A DNA stretch of 64,000 bases from Camelus ferus (taxonomy: Eukaryota), in contig NC_045696.1 of NCBI RefSeq assembly GCF_009834535.1, positions 36,086,001 to 36,150,000 on the forward strand, in the 5' to 3' direction. The position numbers and the translations under genes were made by a program. A model generated the notes under the pieces. The model was not told the origin of the DNA and did no database searches. It saw nothing but the letters and a program-made list of their open reading frames with translations. How positions within the stretch are numbered: the stretch's first letter is position 1; the number at the start of each line of letters is the position of its first letter. This document shows positions 62,570 to 64,000 of the stretch, piece by piece.

Positions 62570-62995
62570 CAGTAGGCCAAAAACTGGAGACAATCCAAAT
62601 GTCCATCAATAGAAAGGATAAGCAAACTCATATATTTACATAGTAGAATACTACTCTGCAACAAAAAGGAAGGAATTGTAGATATAATCAGCAACATTTG
62701 GAGCTAAATCTTTGAAATGTTTTGCTGATAACATGAAGCTGGAACCAAAAAAAAAAAAAATAACATACTAAGTGGTTTCATTTGTATGAAGATCAAATTA
62801 AAATTCTGTGGTGATAGAGACTAGAACAATTGCTAAGAGATGGGAAAGGAATAGAAGAGGACTTTCCAAGAAGAGGAAGGTATCCTGTGTCTGATTTTGG
62901 GTGTTGGTTACACAGATGCATACACTTATTAAATTCTTTAAATGTCACATACGACATCTGTCCATTTCACCGTGTATAAAGTTTGCCTCAAAAAA
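62570..62995 (+). mobile_element. Old L1 (L1M-type) 3' end
   Basis: GCCAAAAACTGGAGACAATCCAAATGTCCATCAATAG...GAATACTACTCTGCAACAAAAAGGAA...TTGGTTACACAGATGCATACA...CATTTCACCGTGTATAAA. Confidence 0.8.
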
Positions 62996-64000
62996 TTCTA
63001 TACAACACATTTAAGTGAATAACATTAGGTGGAACTCACATTTTTATCTTTTTTTTATATGATACTACAATTTTCGTTCATATGTCTGTCTCTCCTCCTT
63101 ACTGGAGGTGGATATTGTGACTTATTTATTCCTGATTTATTCTACCACACACACAAAATCCTTGGCACTGGCTCAACGCAGGTGTTTTTGAACAAATAAA
63201 TAAATGAAAGAGGCACTACATTTTATTTACAAGCTTGTTTATTATCCTTTTAATTAGTGAGCAGTTCCCCTACAATAACTCCATCAGGAAGCTTCTCATT
63301 GCTCCTAGAACAATAGTAAATAAATTTCTCCAAGTCCCTGAAGGCACCTTGGACTTTAAATCAGTCAGCTTTGGGCCCCAATTCCAGATGGGCTTCTGAC
63401 TACCTTGAGGCCTTACGTAAATCAGTTAACCTCTCGGAGCCCATTTTCTCATTGATGTAAATGACGATAACAAGACCCAACACAAAAGACATTGAGGAAC
63501 ATAAATGGTATAAAAAGCACTAACACATAGTATGACACATGTAATAAACATGCCGTAAATGTTAGCATTATTCCCACATTCAATAAGCAATGTAAGTGCG
63601 TTTCTCCTGTAGTCATCAGAATACAGTCAACTGTTTCTCTCAACCTTTAAATGTGTGCAGATGGCCAGAGAGGTTCAGTAATTAACCTCTTGTTCCTGCA
63701 TAATTTAGAGTTGCCAAGCTACTTCTCCCCAGCCCTCTGTTTTTAATTTGGTGTGACTGGGTAAGTGGAAGTGTTAAGCTCCACACCTTTTGTGGCCTCT
63801 GTGTCAATAACCCTCTTTTAAACCGACTAGAAACTTCCTCCAGAGCAAACTGAAAACTCCTCCAGGATGTGACAACTGAATCCAACAGCTCCTGGTAGAA
63901 TTCAGTTTTATGAGGCTGCTAAATTATCTAAGGAGCTTCTCCGTTTCTACTTACTGTTTTACTGCCCATTCACCCCAAAATGTGGTGTGTCAGTTGTTTC

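Noticed and set aside
1..64000. A novel multi-gene or prokaryote-like system (operon, CRISPR, defence island)
   Set aside because: The window is mammalian non-coding DNA. The only protein-like ORFs are known retrocopies and transposon remnants, and there is no repeat-spacer array.

Overview
This window is AT-rich mammalian DNA, mostly intronic or intergenic, and not prokaryotic. It is probably from a camelid, because it carries three tRNA-derived SINEs that I recognise as Vic-1 type. I see no intact protein-coding gene, no RNA gene and no CRISPR array. The main content is: (1) a full-length processed LDHB pseudogene (+, about 16431-17752) with two offsetting frameshifts, a poly(A) remnant and a 14-bp TSD, inserted into a MER33 element; (2) a processed NDUFA4 (COXFA4) pseudogene (+, about 28910-29405); (3) a CpG-island promoter at about 26.7-27.4 kb that probably starts a minus-strand transcript I cannot name, with candidate small exons at 23440-23466 and 3190-3293; (4) many old and young repeats (L1/HAL1, L2, MIR, MaLR/ERVL/ERV1 LTRs, Tigger7/MER44, Charlie7, microsatellites). 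Repeat family names come from my recall of consensus sequences, not from a database search, and repeat boundaries are approximate. I found no convincing new biological system. The most interesting items are a TSD-flanked L1/unique-sequence chimeric retro-insertion, a preserved stop-codon-readthrough/PTS1 extension in the LDHB retrocopy, and a candidate 27-nt microexon.
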